Shown one piece after another: positions 27,356 to 35,885 of a DNA stretch of 64,000 bases. A program made the translations under genes and the position numbers. The DNA is from Armatimonadota bacterium. GTDB lineage: Bacteria; Armatimonadota; Fimbriimonadia; Fimbriimonadales; GBS-DC. The stretch covers positions 1,284 through 65,283 of the forward strand of contig JBBIQK010000007.1 in the NCBI GenBank assembly GCA_037442365.1, written 5' to 3'. The notes below the pieces were generated by a model that worked only from the letters and a program-made list of their open reading frames with translations, made no database searches and was not told the DNA's origin. The stretch's first letter is position 1. Every line of letters starts with the position of its first letter.

Positions 27356-27494
27356 TACCGATTGGCGCGTCAGCGTTCGTTAATTGCCCTCCTTAGGGTT
27401 CCCCTCGCTTGCGTGGGGAACCCTAAGGAGGGGGTTCGGGTCATCTACGCAACTCAGCCTCAATTAACGAACGCTGAAGCGCCGATTAGTATAA
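27353..27494. mobile_element. MITE-like element (136 bp) with ~31-bp terminal inverted repeats, flanked by TAA direct repeats
   Basis: TAA|TACCGATTGGCGCGTCAGCGTTCGTTAATTG ... CAATTAACGAACGCTGAAGCGCCGATTAGTA|TAA. A perfect 18-bp inner hairpin occupies 27387-27404 / 27415-27432. Confidence 0.65.
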
Positions 27495-27496
27495 CA

Positions 27497-27943
27497 TCAG
27501 GGGGTCAGCTCCTTCACAACGACTATCGGCAGCTCCTGTATCTTTTTCAGCTCCGCGTCATTTGTGAAAAAGGCGGTGCAGTTTGCCTGCAACGCTGTAG
27601 CAATCTGCAGAGCGTCAGGCAACTCCACGCGGTATCGTGCGCGCAGTTCAGCCGCCAGGCGACCGATGCGCTCATCCTGTAAAACGAATTCCACATTTGC
27701 GCCATGCACAATCAAATCAAAATAATCTTTCTGGAGATCGGTCAATCCGCGCAGGTAGGGATGAACCAGGCACTCCGACAGCGTAATCACCGAAGTAATC
27801 GCCGTAATATCTCCAGCATCAATCGCCTCAAAAAGCGGAACTATCAGCTCGTAATAAACTGGATGCCTCTCCGTGTAGTAGATAATGGGGGCGGTGTCGA
27901 GAAATACGCGCGATAGGCTTGGAAGTAGCTCGGCTATCCGCAC
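27497..27943 (-). CDS. vapC: PIN-domain toxin
   Basis: VFLDTAPIIYY.., acidic PIN residues (DAGD, TNDAEL). The GTG start lies 2 nt after the antitoxin stop. Confidence 0.7.
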   Translation of the reverse strand: MRIAELLPSLSRVFLDTAPIIYYTERHPVYYELIVPLFEAIDAGDITAITSVITLSECLVHPYLRGLTDLQKDYFDLIVHGANVEFVLQDERIGRLAAELRARYRVELPDALQIATALQANCTAFFTNDAELKKIQELPIVVVKELTP

Positions 27944-27945
27944 GC

Positions 27946-28182
27946 TTAGTCCCCCCACAGCGACTCGCGCCTGTGGGAGGCGCGACGCCTGGTGCGCGAG
28001 ACCCACTCCTGAGCGTCCTCACCTGCGAGCGGGTAGGGCGCTTTGCCAGCAATCTCCACCCACTTGCGACGCGGGCGCGCCGCGCGCATCTGACGCTGCA
28101 GATGCGCCATCAGCTCCCGCTGCTCCTCTGGGCTGAGGTCTTTGATTGCTTCCATCAGACGTTCCAATGCAGGCGTCGCCAT
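27946..28182 (-). CDS. vapB: antitoxin partner of the PIN toxin
   Basis: 78-aa ORF immediately upstream of the PIN gene. GGAGG RBS and a GGTACAAT box at 28204-28211. Confidence 0.55.
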   Translation of the reverse strand: MATPALERLMEAIKDLSPEEQRELMAHLQRQMRAARPRRKWVEIAGKAPYPLAGEDAQEWVSRTRRRASHRRESLWGD

Positions 28183-28236
28183 ATCAGTGCCTCCACAAGG
28201 GGAATTGTACCCCCGCGCCACGGCGCACTCCCCGTA

Positions 28237-28270
28237 CTCGAAAGGGAGTTCCCTTTCGAGAAAAGGGAAC
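28237..28270. repeat. two overlapping, mutually exclusive hairpins built from three copies of AAAGGGA/TCCCTTT
   Basis: CTCGAAAGGGA-gt-TCCCTTTCGAG (28237-28260) overlaps GTTCCCTTT-cgaga-AAAGGGAAC (28248-28270). Confidence 0.6.
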
Positions 28271-28284
28271 TTCCGCGCGGGGGG

Positions 28285-31200
28285 CTACGCCTCCATGCAG
28301 GTTTTGAGTTCGCTCAGCAGCAGCATCAGCGTCTCCAGCGGGTGGTCGCCCAGCGGCGCGCTGATTTCGTCGGGCTGGGTGCGCACGCCGCGCATGGCTT
28401 GCTGCAACGCCAGCTGCCAGCGCGCTTTGAGTTTGCGCTCAGGCTTGAAACGCAGCACCATCCGCTTGCCCTCGACGCCAATCCGCTGGACGCCCAGCGC
28501 GTGCGCCAGGATGCGCTGCTCCATCAGGCGGATCAGGCTCTTCAGCGGCAGGGGCAACTCGCCGTAGCGGTCGCGCAACTCGCGCACCAGCGACTTGAGC
28601 TCCTCGCGCGTGCGGCTGCCCGCGATGCGCTTGTAGTAGCCCAGCCGTTGCGCGACATCCTGAATGTAGTCGTGCGGGATGTAGGCGTGAATGGGCAGCT
28701 GGCTGGCGTCGGGCAGCTCCTCCTCGACGGGCGCGTCGAGGCTCCAGTCGGTCTCGCCTTTGCGCAGGCGGCGGATGGCGTCGCGCAACAGCGCCTGATA
28801 CAGCTCCAGCCCGACGGAGCGCATCGCGCCGTGTTGCTCCTCGCCCAGCAGGTTGCCCGCGCCGCGAATCTCCAGATCGCGCATCGCCAGCGCGAAGCCC
28901 GACCCCAGATGCGAAAACTCGCGCAACGCCTGCAGGCGGTCTTCCGCCTTCTCGGTCAGCTTGCCCGCGCGATACAGAAAGTAGGCATACGCCTGTCGGT
29001 CGGAACGCCCGACGCGCCCGCGCAACTGGTACAGCTGCCCCAGCCCGAACCGCTCCGCGCCCTCGACCAGCAGTGTGTTCACATTCGGCATATCCAGCCC
29101 GTTCTCGATAATCGTCGTGCTGACCAGCACATCGTACTCGCGATTGTAGAACGCCAGCACAGTCGCCTCGACCTCCTGCGGGGGCATCTGCCCGTGCGCG
29201 ACGGCAATCCGCGCGTGCGGAACCAGCTTTTGCAGGCGTTCGGCAGTATGCGTGATGCCCTGAATGCGCGGCACGACATAGAACACCTGCCCGTCGCGTT
29301 GCAACTCGCGCAGGATTGCCTCGCGCGCCATCCAGTCGGTGTAGGGCGCAACGACGGTGCGGATGGGCAGCCTGCCTGGCGGCGGGTCGGTAATCATGCT
29401 CATGTCGCGAATCTCGGTCAGCGCCATATACAGCGTGCGGGGGATGGGCGTCGCGCTCATAGACAGCACATCGACCGTGCCGCGCAGTTTTTTGAACCGC
29501 TCTTTCTGCATCACGCCGAAGCGCTGCTCCTCGTCGATAATCACCAGCCCCAGGTTGTGAAACTGCACATCGCTGGAGAGGAGGCGGTGCGTGCCGATGA
29601 CCATATCGACCGCGCCTGTTTTCAGCCCGTGCAGGATGCGCTTCTGCTCGGCGGGGCTAATCAGGCGGCTGAGCAGGGCGACCTGCACGCCGAACGGCTC
29701 ATATCGCTCCTTGAAGGTCTGGTAGTGCTGGTACGCCAGGATGGTGGTGGGGCACAGCAGGGCGACCTGTCGTCCCGCCATAAGGGTTTTGAAGGCGGCG
29801 CGCAGGGCGACCTCCGTCTTGCCGAAGCCGACATCGCCAATCAGCAGCCGATCCATCGGGTGGGGCGATTCGAGGTCGGCTTTCATTTCGGCAATCGCGC
29901 GGAGTTGCCCCTCGGTCTCGAGGTAGGGGAACATCGCCTCCATCTCGGCTTGCCAGGGAACATCCTCGCCGTAAGGGGGGCGCGTGGCGCGTTCGCGCAG
30001 GGCGTAGATGCGCACCAGCTCTTCAGCGACCTCTTTCGCCTTCTGGCGGGCGCGGGCGACCGTGCGCGTCCATGCCATGCTGTTCAGTCGCTTCACTTCG
30101 GGCGGCTTGTCGTCGGGCGCAAGGTACTTCTGAATGCGGTCTAACTGATCGACGGGCACGAAGATTCGGTCGGGGTGCGCGTACTCAATCAGCAGGTACT
30201 CGCGCTTGACCCCGTCGCGCTCCAGCGTGGTCAGCCCGCGAAAGACGCCGACGCCGTGATAGAGATGCACGACATAATCGCCCGGCTGCAGGTCCATGAT
30301 GGAGGTAATCGGCACGCCTTCGTTGAAGCGGCGCGGGGGCAGGCGCAGGCGGCGGTTTTCGAACAGCTCGCCGTCGGTCAGCATGGCGAACTGTTGCGCG
30401 TCCCAGACGAACCCGCCGCCCAGATTGCCCTGAAAGAGGTCGACGCTCCCTTCCAGCGCGGCTTCCTGCAGGGCTTTGCGTACCTGCGTGGGGCGGTCGG
30501 TGGCGACGACGATTCGGTAGCCCGCCTGATGCCAGCGGTAGACGCGCTGCCAGAGTTCGCCGACGGTTCCCGTCGCGGTGCGCAGGGCGCGCGTACCCAG
30601 CTCGTGCGCGTGGTCGGCGGGCAGGGCGCGTCCGCCCCCGACGATGGGGTCGCCCAGCAGCAGGCTCGCGTGGGCGCGCTCGATGCGCTCGAACGGCTCG
30701 AGGTACTCGTCGGGCGACAGGGGCGGGATGTCGCCCCGCGCCGCGCGCGACTCCAGCGACTGGCGCAGCTCGTCGACGGCGCGGTCGCAGGCGGTATGTA
30801 GCATCAGCGGCTCGTCCAGAATCAGCCAGCCGTCGTCGGGCAGGTAGTCCAGCAGGCAGGCGCGCGCGTCCAGCAGCCAGGGCAGGTACAGCTCCAGTCG
30901 GTCGAACGGCGCGCCCTGCAGCAGCGGGCGCAGGTCGTCCTCCAGATTCTGGCGCAGGGTCGGCTGCAGCGCGGCGGGCTGGCGGGCGATGCGCGCCTCC
31001 CAGTCGGCGCGGATGCGCGTCGCAACAGGCTCGGAACCCATCGGCACTTCGCGCGCGGGCGGGAGGGCAATATACTTAATCTGTCGGGTGGAGCGTTGTG
31101 TGGCGGGTTCGAACAGGCGCAGGCTGGCGATTTCGTCGCCCCAGAACTCGATGCGCACGGGCATCTCCGCGCCCATCGGGAACACATCGACGATGCCGCC

Positions 31201-31749
31201 GCGTCGCGCGAAGCGTCCGGGCAGGCGCACTGGCTCCTGATACTCGTAGCCGTCTTCCGCCAGTCGGCGCAGCAGCGCGTCGGGGGCAATGTGCGTCTGC
31301 CAGTCGTGCGCGTCGGGCGGCTCGGCGTCGGGCAGGCGCAGGCGCACCAGCTCCGATTCGAACAGGGCGGGGGGCATCGTGCGCTGGAGGGCAGCGGCGA
31401 CGGGCGCAATCACACACACCGCCTCGCCCCGATAGAGCGCGTGCAGCGCGCGCAGGCGTTCATGCAGCGTCTCCTGCTCGACCCCCGTTGGCTCCAGCAG
31501 CGGGGTCAGGCTGCTGGGCGCGCGCAGCAGGCGGTGTTCGGGCAGCCCCAGCCGCAGCAGCACCGCCAGCCATTGCTCGGCGCGCGGCAACGACGGCGTG
31601 AGTATCAGCACAGGCTGGGATTGCGCGGCAAGCCACGAGGCAAGCAGCACGGGGCGCGACTCCGGGCACGCCTCGCGCCAGACGGTGGAGGTCCCATGCG
31701 TCGGCGCGGGCGTCGCGGCGCCCAGCGGTGTCAGCCACTCTGGAAGCAT
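28285..31749 (-). CDS. mfd: transcription-repair coupling factor
   Basis: 1154 aa. UvrB-homology N-terminus, CarD-like domain (DYVVHLYHGVG), superfamily-2 helicase motifs (GDVGFGKTEVA, DEEQRFG) and a TRCF C-terminus. Confidence 0.92.
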   Translation of the reverse strand: MLPEWLTPLGAATPAPTHGTSTVWREACPESRPVLLASWLAAQSQPVLILTPSLPRAEQWLAVLLRLGLPEHRLLRAPSSLTPLLEPTGVEQETLHERLRALHALYRGEAVCVIAPVAAALQRTMPPALFESELVRLRLPDAEPPDAHDWQTHIAPDALLRRLAEDGYEYQEPVRLPGRFARRGGIVDVFPMGAEMPVRIEFWGDEIASLRLFEPATQRSTRQIKYIALPPAREVPMGSEPVATRIRADWEARIARQPAALQPTLRQNLEDDLRPLLQGAPFDRLELYLPWLLDARACLLDYLPDDGWLILDEPLMLHTACDRAVDELRQSLESRAARGDIPPLSPDEYLEPFERIERAHASLLLGDPIVGGGRALPADHAHELGTRALRTATGTVGELWQRVYRWHQAGYRIVVATDRPTQVRKALQEAALEGSVDLFQGNLGGGFVWDAQQFAMLTDGELFENRRLRLPPRRFNEGVPITSIMDLQPGDYVVHLYHGVGVFRGLTTLERDGVKREYLLIEYAHPDRIFVPVDQLDRIQKYLAPDDKPPEVKRLNSMAWTRTVARARQKAKEVAEELVRIYALRERATRPPYGEDVPWQAEMEAMFPYLETEGQLRAIAEMKADLESPHPMDRLLIGDVGFGKTEVALRAAFKTLMAGRQVALLCPTTILAYQHYQTFKERYEPFGVQVALLSRLISPAEQKRILHGLKTGAVDMVIGTHRLLSSDVQFHNLGLVIIDEEQRFGVMQKERFKKLRGTVDVLSMSATPIPRTLYMALTEIRDMSMITDPPPGRLPIRTVVAPYTDWMAREAILRELQRDGQVFYVVPRIQGITHTAERLQKLVPHARIAVAHGQMPPQEVEATVLAFYNREYDVLVSTTIIENGLDMPNVNTLLVEGAERFGLGQLYQLRGRVGRSDRQAYAYFLYRAGKLTEKAEDRLQALREFSHLGSGFALAMRDLEIRGAGNLLGEEQHGAMRSVGLELYQALLRDAIRRLRKGETDWSLDAPVEEELPDASQLPIHAYIPHDYIQDVAQRLGYYKRIAGSRTREELKSLVRELRDRYGELPLPLKSLIRLMEQRILAHALGVQRIGVEGKRMVLRFKPERKLKARWQLALQQAMRGVRTQPDEISAPLGDHPLETLMLLLSELKTCMEA

Positions 31750-31758
31750 CTGGGGGAA

Positions 31759-31764
31759 ATTGTA
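31759..31764 (-). promoter_or_regulatory. -10 box (GGTACAAT), 9 nt upstream of the mfd ATG
   Basis: Reverse complement reads caGGTACAATttcccccagATG. Confidence 0.45.
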
Positions 31765-31780
31765 CCTGCCGTTAAAAAAA

Positions 31781-31857
<77 letters not shown>

Positions 31858-31933
31858 TTGCCGATAGTAGTATACCATGCGGATGGGGGGCTTTGTCAAG
31901 GGGGTATGGGCGTGTTCTTGCACGCGCATGGTG

Positions 31934-31939
31934 TATACT
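31934..31939 (+). promoter_or_regulatory. -10 box (TATACT), 7 nt upstream of ATG 31947
   Basis: Sequence gtgTATACTtttagcgATG. Confidence 0.4.
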
Positions 31940-31946
31940 TTTAGCG

Positions 31947-32831
31947 ATGTGGCTGGCAATCGTGGTCGGCGTTGGGCTGGCGCTGGGGGTGCTGCTGCTG
32001 GGCAACTACCTGGCGACCCGTGCAACTTTACGCCCGCCGCGCACGCCGTTTTTTATCACCCCGCGCGATCTGGGACTGCCCTATCAGAATGTGGCGTTCC
32101 CCTCGCGCGACGGTATCCGCCTGCACGGGTGGTGGATTCCCGCGCCGAAGCCTGTCGGGATTGCTGTGCTGTGCCATGGGTATCTGATGAACCGTTGCGA
32201 GCCGCTGCCTGTCGCGCGTGAACTCTGGCAGGCGGGCTTTCACTGTCTGGTGTTCGACTTTCGCGCGATGGGCAAAAGCGAAGGCGACCTGTGTACGATT
32301 GGCGATCTGGAGCGGCTGGATGTGCTGTCGGCGGTGGATTTTGTCTCGCGCACGGCGCCGGGGCTGCCGGTGGTGGTGTACGGCGCGTCGATGGGGGGCG
32401 CGGCGGCGCTGCTGGCGGCGGCGGAAGACACCCGCATCCGCGCCGTGGTCGCCGACTCCGCCTACGCGCGGCTCAATCAGGCGGTGAAGGACTGGTGGCG
32501 CAACGCGGTAGGCAGGGCGTCCGTGCTGCTGCACCCGACGCTGCTGATTGGCAGGCTCTACACGCGCCAGTCCGCCCACAAAGTCGCCCCTGAAGCGGTG
32601 ATTGCCAACATTGCCCCGCGCCCCGTGCTGCTGATGCACGGCACGCGCGACCAGCTCATCCCGCCCTATCACGCGGAGCGGCTGTATCAGGCGGCGCGCG
32701 AACCCAAACAGCTCTGGTGGGCGGAGGGCTGCGAGCATGTGCAGGCGCGCTACGAACGCCCCGACGAGTTCTACCCCTTATTGGTGAACTTCATGCTCCG
32801 CGCCGTCGGCGCAGACGAGACCGGCAAGTGA
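31947..32831 (+). CDS. alpha/beta hydrolase with N-terminal membrane anchor
   Basis: MWLAIVVGVGLALGVLLLG anchor, HGY..N and GASMGGAAAL (GxSxG nucleophile elbow). Confidence 0.7.
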   Translation: MWLAIVVGVGLALGVLLLGNYLATRATLRPPRTPFFITPRDLGLPYQNVAFPSRDGIRLHGWWIPAPKPVGIAVLCHGYLMNRCEPLPVARELWQAGFHCLVFDFRAMGKSEGDLCTIGDLERLDVLSAVDFVSRTAPGLPVVVYGASMGGAAALLAAAEDTRIRAVVADSAYARLNQAVKDWWRNAVGRASVLLHPTLLIGRLYTRQSAHKVAPEAVIANIAPRPVLLMHGTRDQLIPPYHAERLYQAAREPKQLWWAEGCEHVQARYERPDEFYPLLVNFMLRAVGADETGK

Positions 32832-32886
32832 ACGGCAGGAATCCCTGCGCGAACTGCGAACTCTCCTCGCTGGCGAGGAGACCCCC

Positions 32887-34113
32887 ATGAAACGCAGATA
32901 CGGCGCGAACGACCAGATACGGATTGCGATTATCGGCTGTGGCGGCATCGGACGCCATCACTACGGGCAGTTCAACCGCCTGCGCGGGCAGTGTGAGATT
33001 GTCGCCGCGTGCGATGTGTACCAGAAGCACCTCGACGAGTTCCGCACGATGACCGGACGCGCCGATATTGAACCCTACACCGACTATCGGCGCATTCTGG
33101 AGCGCAAGGACATCGACGCGGTGGTGGTCGCCACGCCCGACCACTGGCACGCGAAGATGACCATCGATGCGTGCGAGGCGGGCAAGCATGTGTTCTGCGA
33201 GAAGCCCGCGATGCACAATATCGCCGAGGGACTGGCGATGGTGCATGCCGCCCGCGAACACAGGCGCGTGGTTGCCATCGGCTTGCAACAGCGCAGCGGG
33301 GAACACTTCAAAGAGGCGGTCGAGATCGTGCGTTCGGGCAGGCTGGGCAAAATCACGACCGTGCATTGCTGGAATGTGGGCAACGAGACGCCCAACGGCA
33401 TCGGCAACCCGCCCGACGGCGACCCGCCTGCAGGGCTGGATTGGGACTTCTGGCTGGGACCCGCGCCGAAGCGTCCCTACAATCCGAACCGCTGTATCTA
33501 TCACTTCCGCTGGTTCTGGGACTACGCGGGGGGCAAAGTGGCGGACTGGGGCGTGCATCTGATCGATATCGCGCTGTGGGCGATGGGCGAACACAACCCG
33601 ACGGAAGTGTGCGCCTACGGGGGCAAACTCGCACTGAACGACAATCGCGAGACGCCCGACACGGTAGACTGCATCTGGAAGTTCAAAGACTGGACGCTGC
33701 TCTACACCCATCGCGCGGGCAGCGATTATCCCCTCTACGGGCGCGGGTACGGCACGATGTTCTTCGGCACGAATGGCAGCCTGTATGTGGATCGGGGCGG
33801 GCTGGAGGTGCATCCCGACAAGGAGCGCATTCCCGCCTATAAGCGCGGCGGCTCGGCGCAGAGCGAGCCGCACGCCGAGAACTTTCTGGCGGCGATTCGC
33901 GAGGGTGCGCCGCTCGCGGTGGATGTGCTGACGGGTGTGCGCTCCACGATTGTGCCCCTGCTGGGCAACATCGCCTACCGTGTGGGGCGTAGCATCCGCT
34001 GGGACGCCCAGCGCGCGCAGATTGTCGGCGATCGGGAGGCGAACGCGCTGCTCAGCCGCAACTGGCGCGCCCCATGGGGCATCCCCAGACGGTACATCAA
34101 GCCGATTGGCTAA
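32887..34113 (+). CDS. Gfo/Idh/MocA-family oxidoreductase
   Basis: IRIAIIGCGGIGRHH Rossmann start, EKP motif (VFCEKPAMH) and DWGVH in the C-terminal domain. Confidence 0.8.
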   Translation: MKRRYGANDQIRIAIIGCGGIGRHHYGQFNRLRGQCEIVAACDVYQKHLDEFRTMTGRADIEPYTDYRRILERKDIDAVVVATPDHWHAKMTIDACEAGKHVFCEKPAMHNIAEGLAMVHAAREHRRVVAIGLQQRSGEHFKEAVEIVRSGRLGKITTVHCWNVGNETPNGIGNPPDGDPPAGLDWDFWLGPAPKRPYNPNRCIYHFRWFWDYAGGKVADWGVHLIDIALWAMGEHNPTEVCAYGGKLALNDNRETPDTVDCIWKFKDWTLLYTHRAGSDYPLYGRGYGTMFFGTNGSLYVDRGGLEVHPDKERIPAYKRGGSAQSEPHAENFLAAIREGAPLAVDVLTGVRSTIVPLLGNIAYRVGRSIRWDAQRAQIVGDREANALLSRNWRAPWGIPRRYIKPIG

Positions 34114-34577
34114 CCCATCCGTATCTCCCAATCGTAGGGGATTTCGGGCGTGTTGTAGGGCAGGCGCAGTTCGTCGGGCTGGGCGCGATTGTACGGCTCG
34201 GTGGGGAAGTTAATCAGCAGCGACGGCTCCGCGCCGATGGTCTTGTAGCCGTGCGCCACCCGCGGCGGGATGACCAGCAGGATGCGGTTGTGTTCGCCGA
34301 GAAAGAACTCGTTCACTATCCCGAAGGTGGGCGAGTCGGGGCGGCGGTCGTACAGCACCGCCTTCACCATCCCCTTCACCACCACCCAATAGTCGGTCTG
34401 CTTCTCGTGCCAGTGCCAAGCGCGGATGACGCTGGGGTAGTTCAGCGACACATAGGCTTGCCCGAACTTCTGGAACAGCGGGTCGTCGCAGCGGAGCATC
34501 TCCATCAGGTAGCCGCGCTCGTCGGCGTGGGCAATTAGCGGTTTGGTCTGGACGCCCTCGATGAGTCGCTTCTCCAT
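34110..34577 (-). CDS. cupin-fold sugar epimerase-like protein (dTDP-4-dehydrorhamnose 3,5-epimerase family)
   Basis: DERGYLMEM..RAWHWHEKQTDYWVVVKG..PPRVAHGY. GGAGG RBS before ATG 34577. Confidence 0.6.
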   Translation of the reverse strand: MEKRLIEGVQTKPLIAHADERGYLMEMLRCDDPLFQKFGQAYVSLNYPSVIRAWHWHEKQTDYWVVVKGMVKAVLYDRRPDSPTFGIVNEFFLGEHNRILLVIPPRVAHGYKTIGAEPSLLINFPTEPYNRAQPDELRLPYNTPEIPYDWEIRMG

Positions 34578-34581
34578 CGGT

Positions 34582-35721
34582 TCACCTCCAGATAATCGTA
34601 GGCGGGGTACGGTAGGCGTCGTACTGGCGCGCGACGCCCGCCTCTTCGGTGCGTCCTTTGTGCAGCCAGAGCCGATAGCGGAAGGTGAGCGTCTCGCCCT
34701 TTTTGAGCGTGTAGTCGCCCGCGCCGTCGGGCTTGCCCGCCTCGAAGTCGTGGACGCCGAACGGGTTCGCCGCGAACAGCCCGTAGTCGCGCACATGCCA
34801 GTAGGTCGGATGGCGCAGGTTGGCGGGATGGTCGAAGATGGCAATCCCCACCGTGTCGCCGTCCACGATGCCCGTGTAGTCGCACCACACGGCGCGTTTG
34901 CCCCATGCGTCGCGGTCGCGCAGTCCGTTCGCGTTCACGATCTGCCCGCCCGCGTTGCGCGTGACTTCCATGCTGCTGGCGACGCGCACGCCGAAAGTGC
35001 CCTCTTTGGTGTCGCCGAACTTCACATCGGCATCCAGCGCAGTCAGGGCGACGGCATAATCAATCCAGCGCGAGTCGGGCGCGGCGTAGCAGATGACTTC
35101 GGTCGTCTCGTCCAGCAGGGGCTTGCCGTCAGGCGTCTGCCACTGGTTCTGAGCGACCCAGCGCGCCAGTACGGGACCCGATTCGACTTTCTGCAGCGCG
35201 CGATGCACAATCACGCCCCGCCCCGCGCCTTCCGTCCAGAAGTCGACGCCGTTCACCGCGCCGTGCGTGAACCATACCGAGCGGTGGTGCGGGTGATCGG
35301 TGCGTTCGCCCGCCACGACCTGCATCGGGAAGTGGCGCGTGATGGGCTTGTCGTTGGGTCCGTAGAGGGGGTACAGGTACGGTTTGGGCGCGCCGCGCAT
35401 CACATAGGCGGTGAACGGTTTGCCCCTGTGGGTAATCTGCAGGGCGCGTTCTGTAGCAGTGTGCGTGAAGCCCTCGGCGGCGCGTGGGTTCGGGCGAATC
35501 ACATAGTGGTGCGTCCTGCCGCGCGGTAGCTCTGGCTCCAGCCACACCAGATACCGCTTGCCTGCCGATTCCACCACCTGCGCAGGGATGAGTTCGTTGG
35601 TGCGCTGGAGGGCAATAGGCGTCTGTGGCGGCGCGCCGCGCCACTCCGCCCAGAGGGGAACCTGCCGATACTCCGCCTGCCGCGCCGCGACCGAAATTCG
35701 CATCGATTCTGCCGCCTCCAT
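34582..35721 (-). CDS. PmoA-family / DUF6807-like protein
   Basis: DHPHHRSVWFTHGAVNGVDFW, GTFGVRVA and HPTYWHVRDYGLFAANPFG, as in PmoA-family proteins that are commonly encoded near Gfo/Idh/MocA genes. Confidence 0.55.
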   Translation of the reverse strand: MEAAESMRISVAARQAEYRQVPLWAEWRGAPPQTPIALQRTNELIPAQVVESAGKRYLVWLEPELPRGRTHHYVIRPNPRAAEGFTHTATERALQITHRGKPFTAYVMRGAPKPYLYPLYGPNDKPITRHFPMQVVAGERTDHPHHRSVWFTHGAVNGVDFWTEGAGRGVIVHRALQKVESGPVLARWVAQNQWQTPDGKPLLDETTEVICYAAPDSRWIDYAVALTALDADVKFGDTKEGTFGVRVASSMEVTRNAGGQIVNANGLRDRDAWGKRAVWCDYTGIVDGDTVGIAIFDHPANLRHPTYWHVRDYGLFAANPFGVHDFEAGKPDGAGDYTLKKGETLTFRYRLWLHKGRTEEAGVARQYDAYRTPPTIIWR

Positions 35722-35729
35722 CAGAGCGG

Positions 35730-35735
35730 ATTATA
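35730..35735 (-). promoter_or_regulatory. -10 box (GGTATAAT), 8 nt upstream of ATG 35721
   Basis: Reverse complement reads aaGGTATAATccgctctgATG. Confidence 0.45.
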
Positions 35736-35754
35736 CCTTGCGTGCCGTCTGTAT

Positions 35755-35806
35755 GGAGTGCGGAAGCGGAGCTTCCGCGAGGCTGAAGCTCCCGCTTCAG
35801 CACTCC
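35755..35806 (+). repeat. 52-nt double-hairpin element, copy A
   Basis: GGAGTG-CGGAAGC-gga-GCTTCCG-cgag-GCTGAAGC-tccc-GCTTCAGC-ACTCC: an outer stem enclosing two hairpins. Confidence 0.85.
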
Positions 35807-35885
35807 AGAGGACGCGCCTGTCACATACGCGGATAGAGGAACAGCACCCAGCAGGAGGTACGCCTGTAGAGGCGAATCCCATCCC

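Noticed and set aside
27497-28182. The vapBC pair as a novel system.
   Set aside because: This is an ordinary type II PIN toxin-antitoxin arrangement. Only its flanking repeat and hairpins are noteworthy, and those are reported separately.
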